Made by a program: the position numbers and the translations under genes. From contig JAWCKR010000020.1 of NCBI GenBank assembly GCA_038851755.1, forward strand, positions 1 through 23,036: a stretch of DNA of 23,036 nt. The letters run 5' to 3'. The DNA comes from Candidatus Hadarchaeales archaeon (lineage in GTDB: Archaea > Hadarchaeota > Hadarchaeia > Hadarchaeales > WYZ-LMO6). The notes below the pieces were generated by a model, which had not been told where the DNA came from, made no database searches, and was given only the letters and a program-made list of their open reading frames with translations. This document shows positions 1 through 7,598 of this stretch, one piece after another. How positions within the stretch are numbered: the stretch's first letter is position 1; every line of letters starts with the position of its first letter.

Positions 1-882
1 AACGAGCCGGGGGGCTTCCCCGACGGCTACATCTGCGACTTCATGCAGGCGGAGAGGGACCTCCCCGCCCGCAGGTTCCTGGAGGTGGCCCAGGAGGACG
101 AGGAGGAGGCCCTGAAGTACTCCCGCGCCATGCAGGAGGGAATAGGGGGAATAGCGGCCGTGATAGACAACGTGCTGTGGCTGGGCTTCTACATGAGCGG
201 GGGAATAGGCTTCTCCAACACCGTGGCCTCGGCCGCTTACTCCGAGGTGATGAACGAGATCTCCATGGAGCTCATAGAGCTCTCCCACCGCTACATGCAG
301 GGGGTCAGGAAGGTACCCATCCGCTGGGACACCGTGAGGACGATGGTGAACTCAATCGTGCAGTACGCCATGGAGAGCTACGAGAAGTTCCCCACCCTCA
401 CGGAGTTCCACTGGGGAGGGGCCCACAGGGTCTCCGTGATAGGCTCCATAGCCGCTTCATCGGCTGCCATGCTCACGGGGAGCTCCACCATGGGATTGAT
501 GGCAGCCCACTACGCCGTGGCCTTCGCCATGAAAGAGGGCTGGCTCAGGACGGGATGGGCGGGGCAGGAGGTCCAGGACCACATAGGCCTTCCCTACCTG
601 TGCAGCTTCAGACCTGAGGAGGGAAACCTGACGGAGCTGAGGGGGCTGAACTACCCCATGCAGTCCTACACCGCTGCCCACGGGGCCATCAGGGGTGCCG
701 CTAACTACGCGGCCATGATAGGGAGGGGAAGTTCCTGGTGTCTCAGCCCCATCGTGAAGGTGGCCTTCGCCGATCCCCACCTGGTGTTCGACTTCAAGCA
801 ACCGAAGCTCTGCATCGCCAAGGCGGGGATAAGGCAGTTCATGCCGGCCGGGGAGAGGGACCCGGTGCTTCCGCCCCACTGA
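1..882 (+). CDS. mcrA: Methyl/alkyl-coenzyme M reductase alpha subunit, divergent Acr-type (5'-truncated by window edge)
   Basis: Frame 1 is open from base 1: NEPGGFPDG, WLGFYMSGGIGF, HWGGAHR, RTGWAGQEVQDHIG, LRGLNYP, VKVAFADPHLVFDF, FMPAGERD. These align in order with McrA motifs NEPGG, WLGSYMSGGVGF, HFGGSQR, RLGFFGYDLQDQCG, RGPNYP, KVAFAD, F-PAGER. Confidence 0.96.
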   Translation, partial: NEPGGFPDGYICDFMQAERDLPARRFLEVAQEDEEEALKYSRAMQEGIGGIAAVIDNVLWLGFYMSGGIGFSNTVASAAYSEVMNEISMELIELSHRYMQGVRKVPIRWDTVRTMVNSIVQYAMESYEKFPTLTEFHWGGAHRVSVIGSIAASSAAMLTGSSTMGLMAAHYAVAFAMKEGWLRTGWAGQEVQDHIGLPYLCSFRPEEGNLTELRGLNYPMQSYTAAHGAIRGAANYAAMIGRGSSWCLSPIVKVAFADPHLVFDFKQPKLCIAKAGIRQFMPAGERDPVLPPH

Positions 883-891
883 GGTGCGAGC

Positions 892-1479
892 ATGGGCAAG
901 AGCCTGCCACCCCTTAAGGAGATGTATCCCAAGTTCGCGGAGGAGTTCGAGAGGACCAAACCTCCGCCAGTCCTGGAGAAAGTCACCCCGGAAGCCCTTC
1001 CTCCCCCGAGCATGTGTCTCCCTCGCCCTGACGGTTGGTGGAGGCAGCCTCCTTACTCCAAGTGGATTCAGGACAGGGGGAGGGAACCAACGGCTTACGA
1101 GCTCTTCATGGATTTCATCATAGGAAGGGCGATTTCCAGTCCGAAAGCCATGGAGCTGGCGAGTTCTGCGCCCACCCGCCTAATCGTGTATGAGATCGAG
1201 CATCCCCAGAGGGGCACCGAGTTCGTGAGGATGTTCCTGAACCCTACTCAGGTGGTGGAGGGACCTCCTGAGGAGGAGCCCGACCTGTGGATCAAGATGG
1301 GGTACTACGACTTCGTTCCTGTTCTGGGGGGGGAGATAAGTGTCTTCAACGCGGTGTACGAGGGTAGGGCCAACATCATAGGCAACACCACGGCGGGACT
1401 CGACCAGTACGACGTGATGACGGCCATCTTGGGGTTCGAGATTCCTCGCCCGCGGTGCTGGCCCCGGGGACATCCCTGA
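892..1479 (+). CDS. SCP2 (sterol carrier protein-2)-like domain protein with Pro/Trp-rich N-terminal extension
   Basis: RBS GAGGTG (881-886) overlaps the mcrA stop. C-terminal PDLWIKMGYYDFVPVLGGEISVFNAVYEGRANIIGN matches the SCP2 pattern (A/P)D-x-x-I...F..L.G.......A...G...I.G. Confidence 0.7.
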   Translation: MGKSLPPLKEMYPKFAEEFERTKPPPVLEKVTPEALPPPSMCLPRPDGWWRQPPYSKWIQDRGREPTAYELFMDFIIGRAISSPKAMELASSAPTRLIVYEIEHPQRGTEFVRMFLNPTQVVEGPPEEEPDLWIKMGYYDFVPVLGGEISVFNAVYEGRANIIGNTTAGLDQYDVMTAILGFEIPRPRCWPRGHP

Positions 1480-1480
1480 T

Positions 1481-2929
1481 TCAGGTCCCCCCGGTCTTCA
1501 GCCTTTCCCTCATCTTCTTGTACTCTATGAGTTTGGAGTAGGCCATTCCTGCATCCTCGGGGGTGAAGTAGACGGGTATACGGTGCTTCCTGAGGAGTTT
1601 GACGGGCCTGGATTTGTCAAGGGGTTTGAGGGCCACGGCGAAGACCGTCTTCCCCCTCCGGTTAAGGGCTATCAACCTTTTGATGAGGGGCAGCTGGACC
1701 TCTCTAACATAAACCTTCCTCAGCTCCCTGTCGAGGAACCTGGTGGCGTAGGCATCCAGCCCCCCGAGGACAATCAGCCCACCAGCCTCCCACTTTTCTA
1801 TCACCTTGAGGATTTTGAACTCCAAGGAGGGATCCAGCTCGGCCACCGTGTCTATCGGATTCCCCTTGCTCCAGTAGGGGGGCATAAAGGAGTTCATCTC
1901 CTCTAGGAGGTGGGGAGGGGGCGGGGCGACCTCCACCAGGTCTTCCCGACAGGCGTCGGTGGCGGCCACCCCCCAGCCTCCTCCCCTCGTGAGGATGATC
2001 ACTTGGTTGTTCTTGGGGAGGGGCTGTTCGAGGGCCATGGCCACCTTCAGCAGCTCCTCCGTGCTCTCTACCTCCACCACTCCGGCTTGCCTGAAGACCC
2101 CGCTGTACACCTGCCTGGACCCGGAGAGGGAGCCCGTGTGGGATTTGGCAGCCCTGCTCCCAGCCTGGGTCTTTCCCACCTTGAGGGCCACGATAGGCTT
2201 CGTCGGGCTCGTCTTCCTCGCCACCTCAAAGAACTTCCTCCCGTTTTTTACCCCCTCTATGTAGGTGAGGATGACCCTGGTGGACTCTCTCTCCCTCAGG
2301 AGCTCTATCAGATCCTCGCACCTGAGGAAGGCCTCGTTTCCCGTGCTCACGAAGACGTCGAAACCAATGTGGTAGTAGGTTCCGCGATCCAGGAGCTGGG
2401 TCCCCAGGTTCCCGCTCTGGGAGAGGAAAGAGACATTTCCCTTCAGGGGCTTCACGGAGGCCATGAGGGCGGAGAGGCTGGAGGTGGCCGAGAATACTCC
2501 CATGCAGTTCGGTCCCACGAAGGGCAGGCCCTCCTCCTCTGCGGTTCTCACCAGTTCTTCCTCCATTTCCTCACCCTCTCTTCCCGTTTCTCTGAAGCCC
2601 GCAGAGATTATCACCGCTGACTTCACCCCCCTCTCCGCGCACTCCCTGAAGAGGGAGGGAACGGTTTTGGCCGGGGTGACGATGAGGGCTAGGTCGGTCT
2701 CCTCCGGAACCTTCGGGTAAGCCTTGAGCCCCATGAGGGTTTCCTCGTTTGGGTTCACGGGGTAGACCTCACCCTTGAAGCCCCCCTCCACCACGTGCTT
2801 CAGGATGATGCTTCCCCACTTGATGGGGGAGCGGGAGGCTCCAATCACTGCCACCGACTTCGGGTCTAAGAGATAGCGCAGGTTTTCGAGAGTTCTTTTG
2901 GAGAGCTCTCCCGACCTCCTTGAGGTCAT
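1481..2929 (-). CDS. acdA: Acyl-CoA synthetase (ADP/NDP-forming), alpha subunit
   Basis: PKSVAVIGAS, YPVNP, GPNCMG, SQSG, STGNEA, KVGKT..G.RAAKSHTGSL (phospho-His) and NPID motifs; no ATP-grasp beta domain; GGGTGA RBS upstream. Confidence 0.93.
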   Translation of the reverse strand: MTSRRSGELSKRTLENLRYLLDPKSVAVIGASRSPIKWGSIILKHVVEGGFKGEVYPVNPNEETLMGLKAYPKVPEETDLALIVTPAKTVPSLFRECAERGVKSAVIISAGFRETGREGEEMEEELVRTAEEEGLPFVGPNCMGVFSATSSLSALMASVKPLKGNVSFLSQSGNLGTQLLDRGTYYHIGFDVFVSTGNEAFLRCEDLIELLRERESTRVILTYIEGVKNGRKFFEVARKTSPTKPIVALKVGKTQAGSRAAKSHTGSLSGSRQVYSGVFRQAGVVEVESTEELLKVAMALEQPLPKNNQVIILTRGGGWGVAATDACREDLVEVAPPPPHLLEEMNSFMPPYWSKGNPIDTVAELDPSLEFKILKVIEKWEAGGLIVLGGLDAYATRFLDRELRKVYVREVQLPLIKRLIALNRRGKTVFAVALKPLDKSRPVKLLRKHRIPVYFTPEDAGMAYSKLIEYKKMRERLKTGGT

Positions 2930-2952
2930 CTTTTCACCCTTTCCCCGACCTC

Positions 2953-2993
2953 TTTATAAATCCTCCGAGCCACGTGAAACTCAATCTTTTTAA
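2953..2993. promoter_or_regulatory. Divergent TATA boxes for acdA (-) and the SCP2/unknown gene pair (+)
   Basis: TTTATAAA at 2953-2960 and TTTTTAA at 2987-2993, each about 21-23 nt from its start codon in an AT-rich gap. Confidence 0.6.
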
Positions 2994-3014
2994 GACCTTC
3001 TACCATATTTTTTT

Positions 3015-3485
3015 GTGCCCCTGGTACTGACGAGGGAATGGTTCGAGAGCATCAAGGAAGCTTGGAACTCCGACCCCTCGAACATAAAGAGCCTGGAAGG
3101 GGCGAGCGAAAGGATCCTCTGGACGGTGGAAGAGCTCCCGCTCTCCAAGCTTTCCCCGGAGATGGAGAAATCCATCTTGGAGGGCGGGATGATCGACGAG
3201 GCTCTCTTCAAGAAGGCCAAGGAGACGGACAGGGTGAATCTCCTGCTGGGGTGGGAGGGGGGAAAGCTGGTGGACTTCAGGCCCGCGAGGGAAGGAGAGG
3301 CCCATACGGCGATGATGAAAGGGAAGTATTCCGTCTTCGAAAAGATAAAGACGGGCGAGGACTTCCTGTGGGCCACGATGGACAGGGAGATAGAGTTCAG
3401 GGGGAGGATGTTCGAGTTCACGAGGAGATTGGACGGATACACCAAGTTCACGCTCATCATGGTATCAAAAACGGATCTGGTGTGA
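3015..3485 (+). CDS. SCP2-like domain protein
   Basis: EWFESIKEAWNSD N-terminus and AHTAMMKGKYSVFEKIKTGEDFLWATMDREIEFRGRM resemble archaeal SCP2 proteins; GTG start placed for a leaderless transcript. Confidence 0.62.
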   Translation: MPLVLTREWFESIKEAWNSDPSNIKSLEGASERILWTVEELPLSKLSPEMEKSILEGGMIDEALFKKAKETDRVNLLLGWEGGKLVDFRPAREGEAHTAMMKGKYSVFEKIKTGEDFLWATMDREIEFRGRMFEFTRRLDGYTKFTLIMVSKTDLV

Positions 3486-3495
3486 GGTGAGAAGG

Positions 3496-4968
3496 ATGGA
3501 AACGATGGAGGAAAGGAGCGCCAAGCAGAAGGCGGAGTGGGAGGAATGGATCAGGCACATGGGACTGGACAAGATTTGGCAGTATCTCAGCTCCATCAAC
3601 CCCTTCCCTGGTCAGACTCCCCTCAGCCTCGAGATTTTCTCCACCATGCCCGTTTGGAGGCACACCTTCAAGCATCTGGGCATGACCCCTGAGAGATGGC
3701 AGAGGCTTAAGTACGAGAACTTCGTGGAATGGTCCTACCGCATAGACCAGGCGGTGGAGACCTCGAACAGGCTGTTGAAGAACCCACCTTCTAGGGAGGA
3801 GCTCTACCACATGGACAACCTGTGCTACCTGAGCCACCCCCCGGCCTACCTCTGCAGGTCTGACGTGGGAAGGACCACCTGTCAGATGCTTTACGGTAAG
3901 TACGCCACCGTGGAGTACGTGCATGTGGATGACTTTACCCGTGAAGCTTACTGGATCCTGGGATACCACAACGAGGACGGCTTGCCCGTTCACCGGTGGC
4001 TCTTGGGTGCCTCCAAGGACATCTCCCAGTACTTCGACGAGGAGGACGAGAAGTGCTTCCTCACCACCACGGACAAATGGACAGGGGCCCCCAACAAGGA
4101 GGAGCTGGACGACAGGCTGAACCGCAGGCACCTCAGGACGGGGGTGAAGGTGAGGGACGTGCCCAGGTACTACTGGGACCCCTACGACTGGGGGATGGGG
4201 GTGAGGGACGTGATCATGGACATGCGCACCGAGCTCTTCTCCAAGTGGCTCCACGCCACCCTTTACATCTCCGGAGTCTCGGCTTACATCAGCACCATCG
4301 CCCAGAACGCCCTGATGAGCAGCGAGTTCTTCCTCTACGTCTACTACGGTCTGAACACGGCCGCGCTGGGGGTCAGGTACAACCTCTTCTCCTATGTGCC
4401 CCTGCCGCCCATCCTCAGGACCCTGCTGGGCCTCACCCAGGAGACCTTCGTGAAGAGGATGAGCGAGCTCTTCCTCGGCGGTTACAACACCATCCATAAG
4501 TACGCCTGCAGCGAGAAGAAGATCCCCAACCTCTTCAAGATCAGGAAGTTCCACTGGGAGCACGGCCAATTTTATCCCCATGTGAGAGGAATCCTTCCGC
4601 CCTTCGTCCTGGCGAGGGCCATTCCGCCCTCGCTGGAGCCCATCAACCTCAGGCAGTACCTGGAAACTCCCCCGAGCAAGGAGTTCCTCGAGGTGCTGGA
4701 GAGTGAGGGAGGCCTGAACAAGGAGACGGGTCAGTTGCCCTCCATAGAGGAAACGGGAAGGTTCCACTTCCTTTTCGATCCATCCGTGGAGCCCCTGCAG
4801 GCCAAGGACTTCCCGCCCTTCGACCCCAACAAGGGCCAGATCTGGCCCTTCGACATCACTAGGGAGAAGGTGGAGATCATGGTGGAGGAGGGCTACGACG
4901 GCTCTGGGAAGAACCTCGAGTATTACAGCAAGCTGGCGGACAAGAAGATGGGGAAGAAGGTGGACTGA
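3496..4968 (+). CDS. Hypothetical soluble protein, ~490 aa, Trp/Tyr/His-rich
   Basis: Long ORF with strong C/G third-position bias. RBS GAGGTGA (3484-3490) overlaps the upstream stop, favouring ATG 3496 over GTG 3487. No family recognised and no evident TM segment. Confidence 0.88.
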   Translation: METMEERSAKQKAEWEEWIRHMGLDKIWQYLSSINPFPGQTPLSLEIFSTMPVWRHTFKHLGMTPERWQRLKYENFVEWSYRIDQAVETSNRLLKNPPSREELYHMDNLCYLSHPPAYLCRSDVGRTTCQMLYGKYATVEYVHVDDFTREAYWILGYHNEDGLPVHRWLLGASKDISQYFDEEDEKCFLTTTDKWTGAPNKEELDDRLNRRHLRTGVKVRDVPRYYWDPYDWGMGVRDVIMDMRTELFSKWLHATLYISGVSAYISTIAQNALMSSEFFLYVYYGLNTAALGVRYNLFSYVPLPPILRTLLGLTQETFVKRMSELFLGGYNTIHKYACSEKKIPNLFKIRKFHWEHGQFYPHVRGILPPFVLARAIPPSLEPINLRQYLETPPSKEFLEVLESEGGLNKETGQLPSIEETGRFHFLFDPSVEPLQAKDFPPFDPNKGQIWPFDITREKVEIMVEEGYDGSGKNLEYYSKLADKKMGKKVD

Positions 4969-4983
4969 GTCCCTCAGGCTCGC

Positions 4984-5550
4984 CTAGTCTTTTAGGAGCT
5001 GGGAGACCTCCATCATGGCCGAGGAAACTCTCATGGCCAAGGGGATGCTCCCATCGGTCCTTATCAGCTGCTTGAAGAAGGCTTCGGTGGGGTCTCTCTC
5101 CCCCAGGAACACCTCTATCATGGCCTGGGTATAGCCTTTCACGGTGAGGTCGGGCTTCTCCAGCAGTCCTGATCCTCCGGACAGTCTTCCATCCTTTATC
5201 TGGAAGTGGCCCCTCATAGGGCTGTCTATGGCTTCCATGTTCACCGCGACGTTCCCCGCCCTCTGGAGGGCTTCCTTCACGTCAGGGTTCCTCTCCGCCA
5301 GTATGCTTATCCCCTCCCAGAGGATGTCCATGAACCTAGCGGAGGCTTCCGGATCTTCCTTTACGAACTGAGTGACGTTCACCTCCTTCAATCTCTTCGC
5401 CAGCCTGGGCACGAGGTCGGGAACCAGCTCCAGGAGTTTGGAAACCCCGAACTCCTTTATCCCGTCTAGGAGAGGAAGGAGATTCCCCTTCAGCTGGTCA
5501 AGGGGGAGTTGGAAGGCTTCTTCAATGGTTTTCCTCAGATCCTCTCCCAC
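4984..5550 (-). CDS. SCP2-like domain protein with N-terminal helical domain (~188 aa)
   Basis: C-terminal HFQIKDGRLSGGSGLLEKPDLTVKG...VFLGERDPTEAFFKQLIRTDGSIPLAM is SCP2-like. Start revised to GTG 5550, about 22 nt after TTATAAA (5579-5573); the ORF-track extension to 5991 overlaps aor. Confidence 0.78.
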   Translation of the reverse strand: MGEDLRKTIEEAFQLPLDQLKGNLLPLLDGIKEFGVSKLLELVPDLVPRLAKRLKEVNVTQFVKEDPEASARFMDILWEGISILAERNPDVKEALQRAGNVAVNMEAIDSPMRGHFQIKDGRLSGGSGLLEKPDLTVKGYTQAMIEVFLGERDPTEAFFKQLIRTDGSIPLAMRVSSAMMEVSQLLKD

Positions 5551-5572
5551 GCCTTCTCTTTTGGGATGGAGA

Positions 5573-5637
5573 TTTATAACCTTTTTGGGAGCCGCGCGAA
5601 AAAAAAGAGACAAGTTTTTAGCGCGGGGAGAGGGTGA
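5573..5637. promoter_or_regulatory. Divergent promoter region (SCP2 / aor) with inverted repeat
   Basis: TTATAAA (-, 5579-5573), TTTTTA (+, 5615-5620), RBS GGGTGA (5632-5637); dyad CGCGCGAAAAA (5593-5603) / TTTTTAGCGCG (5615-5625). Confidence 0.55.
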
Positions 5638-5643
5638 TGGATA

Positions 5644-7587
5644 GTGAACTGGTTCGGTTACGCGGGTTCGATTCTGAGAGTAGACCTGAGCAGGGGAGAG
5701 GTGGAGAAGGAGGAACTCACAGAGGACCTTGTGAAGAGGTTCTTGGGGGGACTGGGGATAAACCTGAAGCTTTACAGGAGGGAGGCCTCCCCCCTTTCCG
5801 ATCCCCTTTCTCCCTCCAACCCCCTGGTGCTCGGAGTGGGCCCGCTGGTGGGAACGGAAGTGCCTGGAGCCACCAAGATGGTGGCCACCACGAAGTCTCC
5901 CCTCTTTTCTAGGGGTGGAAAGCACTTCGTGGACGGTGCCGTGTGCGGTGGCAGGCTGGGGGCGCAGCTGAAGAGGGCGGGGTACGACCATGTGGTGATC
6001 GTGGGAAGATCGGAGAGGCCGGTCTATTTGAGCCTGGAGAGGGGCCGTGCGGAGCTCCTGGAAGCCTCACACCTCTGGGGAAAGGACACCTACGAGACCA
6101 CGGACCTGTTGCTCAGGGAGCATCCTGGAGCAGGGGTTGCGGTGATCGGAAGGGCGGGTGAGAAGGGAGTGGTGCATGCCATGGCCATAGTGGACAAGGT
6201 GGCCACCTTGGGCAGATTCGGGGTTGGTGCGGTGATGGGTTCCAAGAACCTGAAGGCGATAGTGGCGAAGGGTGAAGGGAAGGTAGCCGTGGCTAGAGGG
6301 GAGGAGCTCTCCGAGCTGGTGGGGAAGTGGAGGGAGGACATAGAGAGGAACCCCCTCCTGCCCCAGTGGAGGGTGCTGGGCATCATGGCGGGCTGGCCCG
6401 CCCATTCCCCTCTGGTCAGGGAGGGTGTGTGGGAATACTCAAAGTGGAACGAGCTCTACGGCCCGGAGAGATGGGTGGAGTTCCGGGGGGGGAAGAACTC
6501 CTCCTGCTGGGGTTGCCCCATGGGCTGCAGGGTGGACTTTCACATAAAAGAAGGGAGGCACGCGGGGCTCTCCACCTTCACGGGGTCCTACATGCTTCCG
6601 GCGAGGGTGGGGCAAAGGCTGGAGCTGGAGGACCCCAGGGATGCCGTGGCCCTCCTTGACCTGTGCAACAGGGAGGGGATGTGCTACTTCACCACCAGCC
6701 AGCTGGTGAACTGGGTCACCAGGCTCTCCAAAGAGGGAAAGCTGAAGGAGAGGCTGGGGAGGGACTTTGAGACTTATCTCAGGCTCTTCGGGGAGATCGC
6801 GGGAAGGGAGGGCTTCGGAGGGATTCTCTCGGACGGGTGGTACCCGGCTTCGGAGAAGCTTGGCGCGGATCCGGATGAGTTCGAGGAGGGCACGGGCCTT
6901 TTCAGGGGGGCCGACGCCATCCAGGATGCCAGGTTCACGAGGCTCCATCCCCAGGCCTTCTCCCACCTCACCTCGCCCAGGCCTCACCACGGTGGGACCC
7001 AGTCCCTTTACACCGTTCCGATGGTGGAGCCACAGGTGCTGAGGGAGGTGGACGCCAGGGACATGGGTCTTTCGGAGGAGGAGCTGAACAGGGTGTTCGG
7101 GGGGCCCATGAAGTTCAACCCGGCGAGGTACGCCAGGTACGCGGAGGACAGGATGGCGGTCTACAACAGCCTGGGCACCTGCATCGTGCACGCCCTGTGG
7201 GGCTTCCTGGGAGTGAGGTACCTCAACCTGAAGCTGGCGGCGGAGCTGTATTCCCTGGCCACCGGGAGGGAGCTGGGGGTGGCGGAACTCCGAAGGACGG
7301 GAGAAAGGATCTTCACCTTCTGGAAGATGGTGAACGCGGAGGAGGGACTGGGGAAGGAGGACTACAGATGCTCCAAGATCTGGCTGAAGCCCAGGAGGAC
7401 ACCCGAGGGGGAGGTGGTTCTGAGGGACTACTATGGGGAGGTGGTTCTGTCCGGGGAGGACATGGAAAACCTCCTGAGGGATTACTACCACGAGAGAGGC
7501 TGGGATGAGTCCACGGGCCTTCCCACCCCTGAGAAGCTGAGGGAACTCGGGCTGGGGGAGGAAGGCTTCAGGCTTCCCTCCCCCTGA
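5644..7587 (+). CDS. aor: Tungsten-type aldehyde:ferredoxin oxidoreductase family protein (divergent)
   Basis: GYAGSILRVDLS, FLGGLG, KSP, LKRAGYD, GRFGVGAVMGSKNLKAI, CWGCPMGC plus NSLGTC ([4Fe-4S] ligands), YYHERGWDESTGLPT..KLRELGL. Confidence 0.93.
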   Translation: MNWFGYAGSILRVDLSRGEVEKEELTEDLVKRFLGGLGINLKLYRREASPLSDPLSPSNPLVLGVGPLVGTEVPGATKMVATTKSPLFSRGGKHFVDGAVCGGRLGAQLKRAGYDHVVIVGRSERPVYLSLERGRAELLEASHLWGKDTYETTDLLLREHPGAGVAVIGRAGEKGVVHAMAIVDKVATLGRFGVGAVMGSKNLKAIVAKGEGKVAVARGEELSELVGKWREDIERNPLLPQWRVLGIMAGWPAHSPLVREGVWEYSKWNELYGPERWVEFRGGKNSSCWGCPMGCRVDFHIKEGRHAGLSTFTGSYMLPARVGQRLELEDPRDAVALLDLCNREGMCYFTTSQLVNWVTRLSKEGKLKERLGRDFETYLRLFGEIAGREGFGGILSDGWYPASEKLGADPDEFEEGTGLFRGADAIQDARFTRLHPQAFSHLTSPRPHHGGTQSLYTVPMVEPQVLREVDARDMGLSEEELNRVFGGPMKFNPARYARYAEDRMAVYNSLGTCIVHALWGFLGVRYLNLKLAAELYSLATGRELGVAELRRTGERIFTFWKMVNAEEGLGKEDYRCSKIWLKPRRTPEGEVVLRDYYGEVVLSGEDMENLLRDYYHERGWDESTGLPTPEKLRELGLGEEGFRLPSP

Positions 7588-7598
7588 GGGTCCGCCAT

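Noticed and set aside
43-45. ATG 43 as the start of the mcrA-like gene
   Set aside because: The frame is open and McrA-like (NEPGG) from base 1; the true start is upstream of the window.
1-882. Canonical methanogenesis marker
   Set aside because: Active-site motifs deviate strongly from methane-type McrA, and no mtr or other methanogenesis genes follow in the window.
3457-4767. 436-aa antisense ORF (similarly 6439-7782, 8718-9779, 10064-11473, 10662-11660, 11997-12791, 14337-15224)
   Set aside because: Shadow frames of well-supported genes; high GC3 suppresses stops, and the translations have no recognisable motifs.
5551-5991. N-terminal extension of the 335-aa minus-strand ORF
   Set aside because: It overlaps aor and the divergent promoter; TATA spacing supports GTG 5550.
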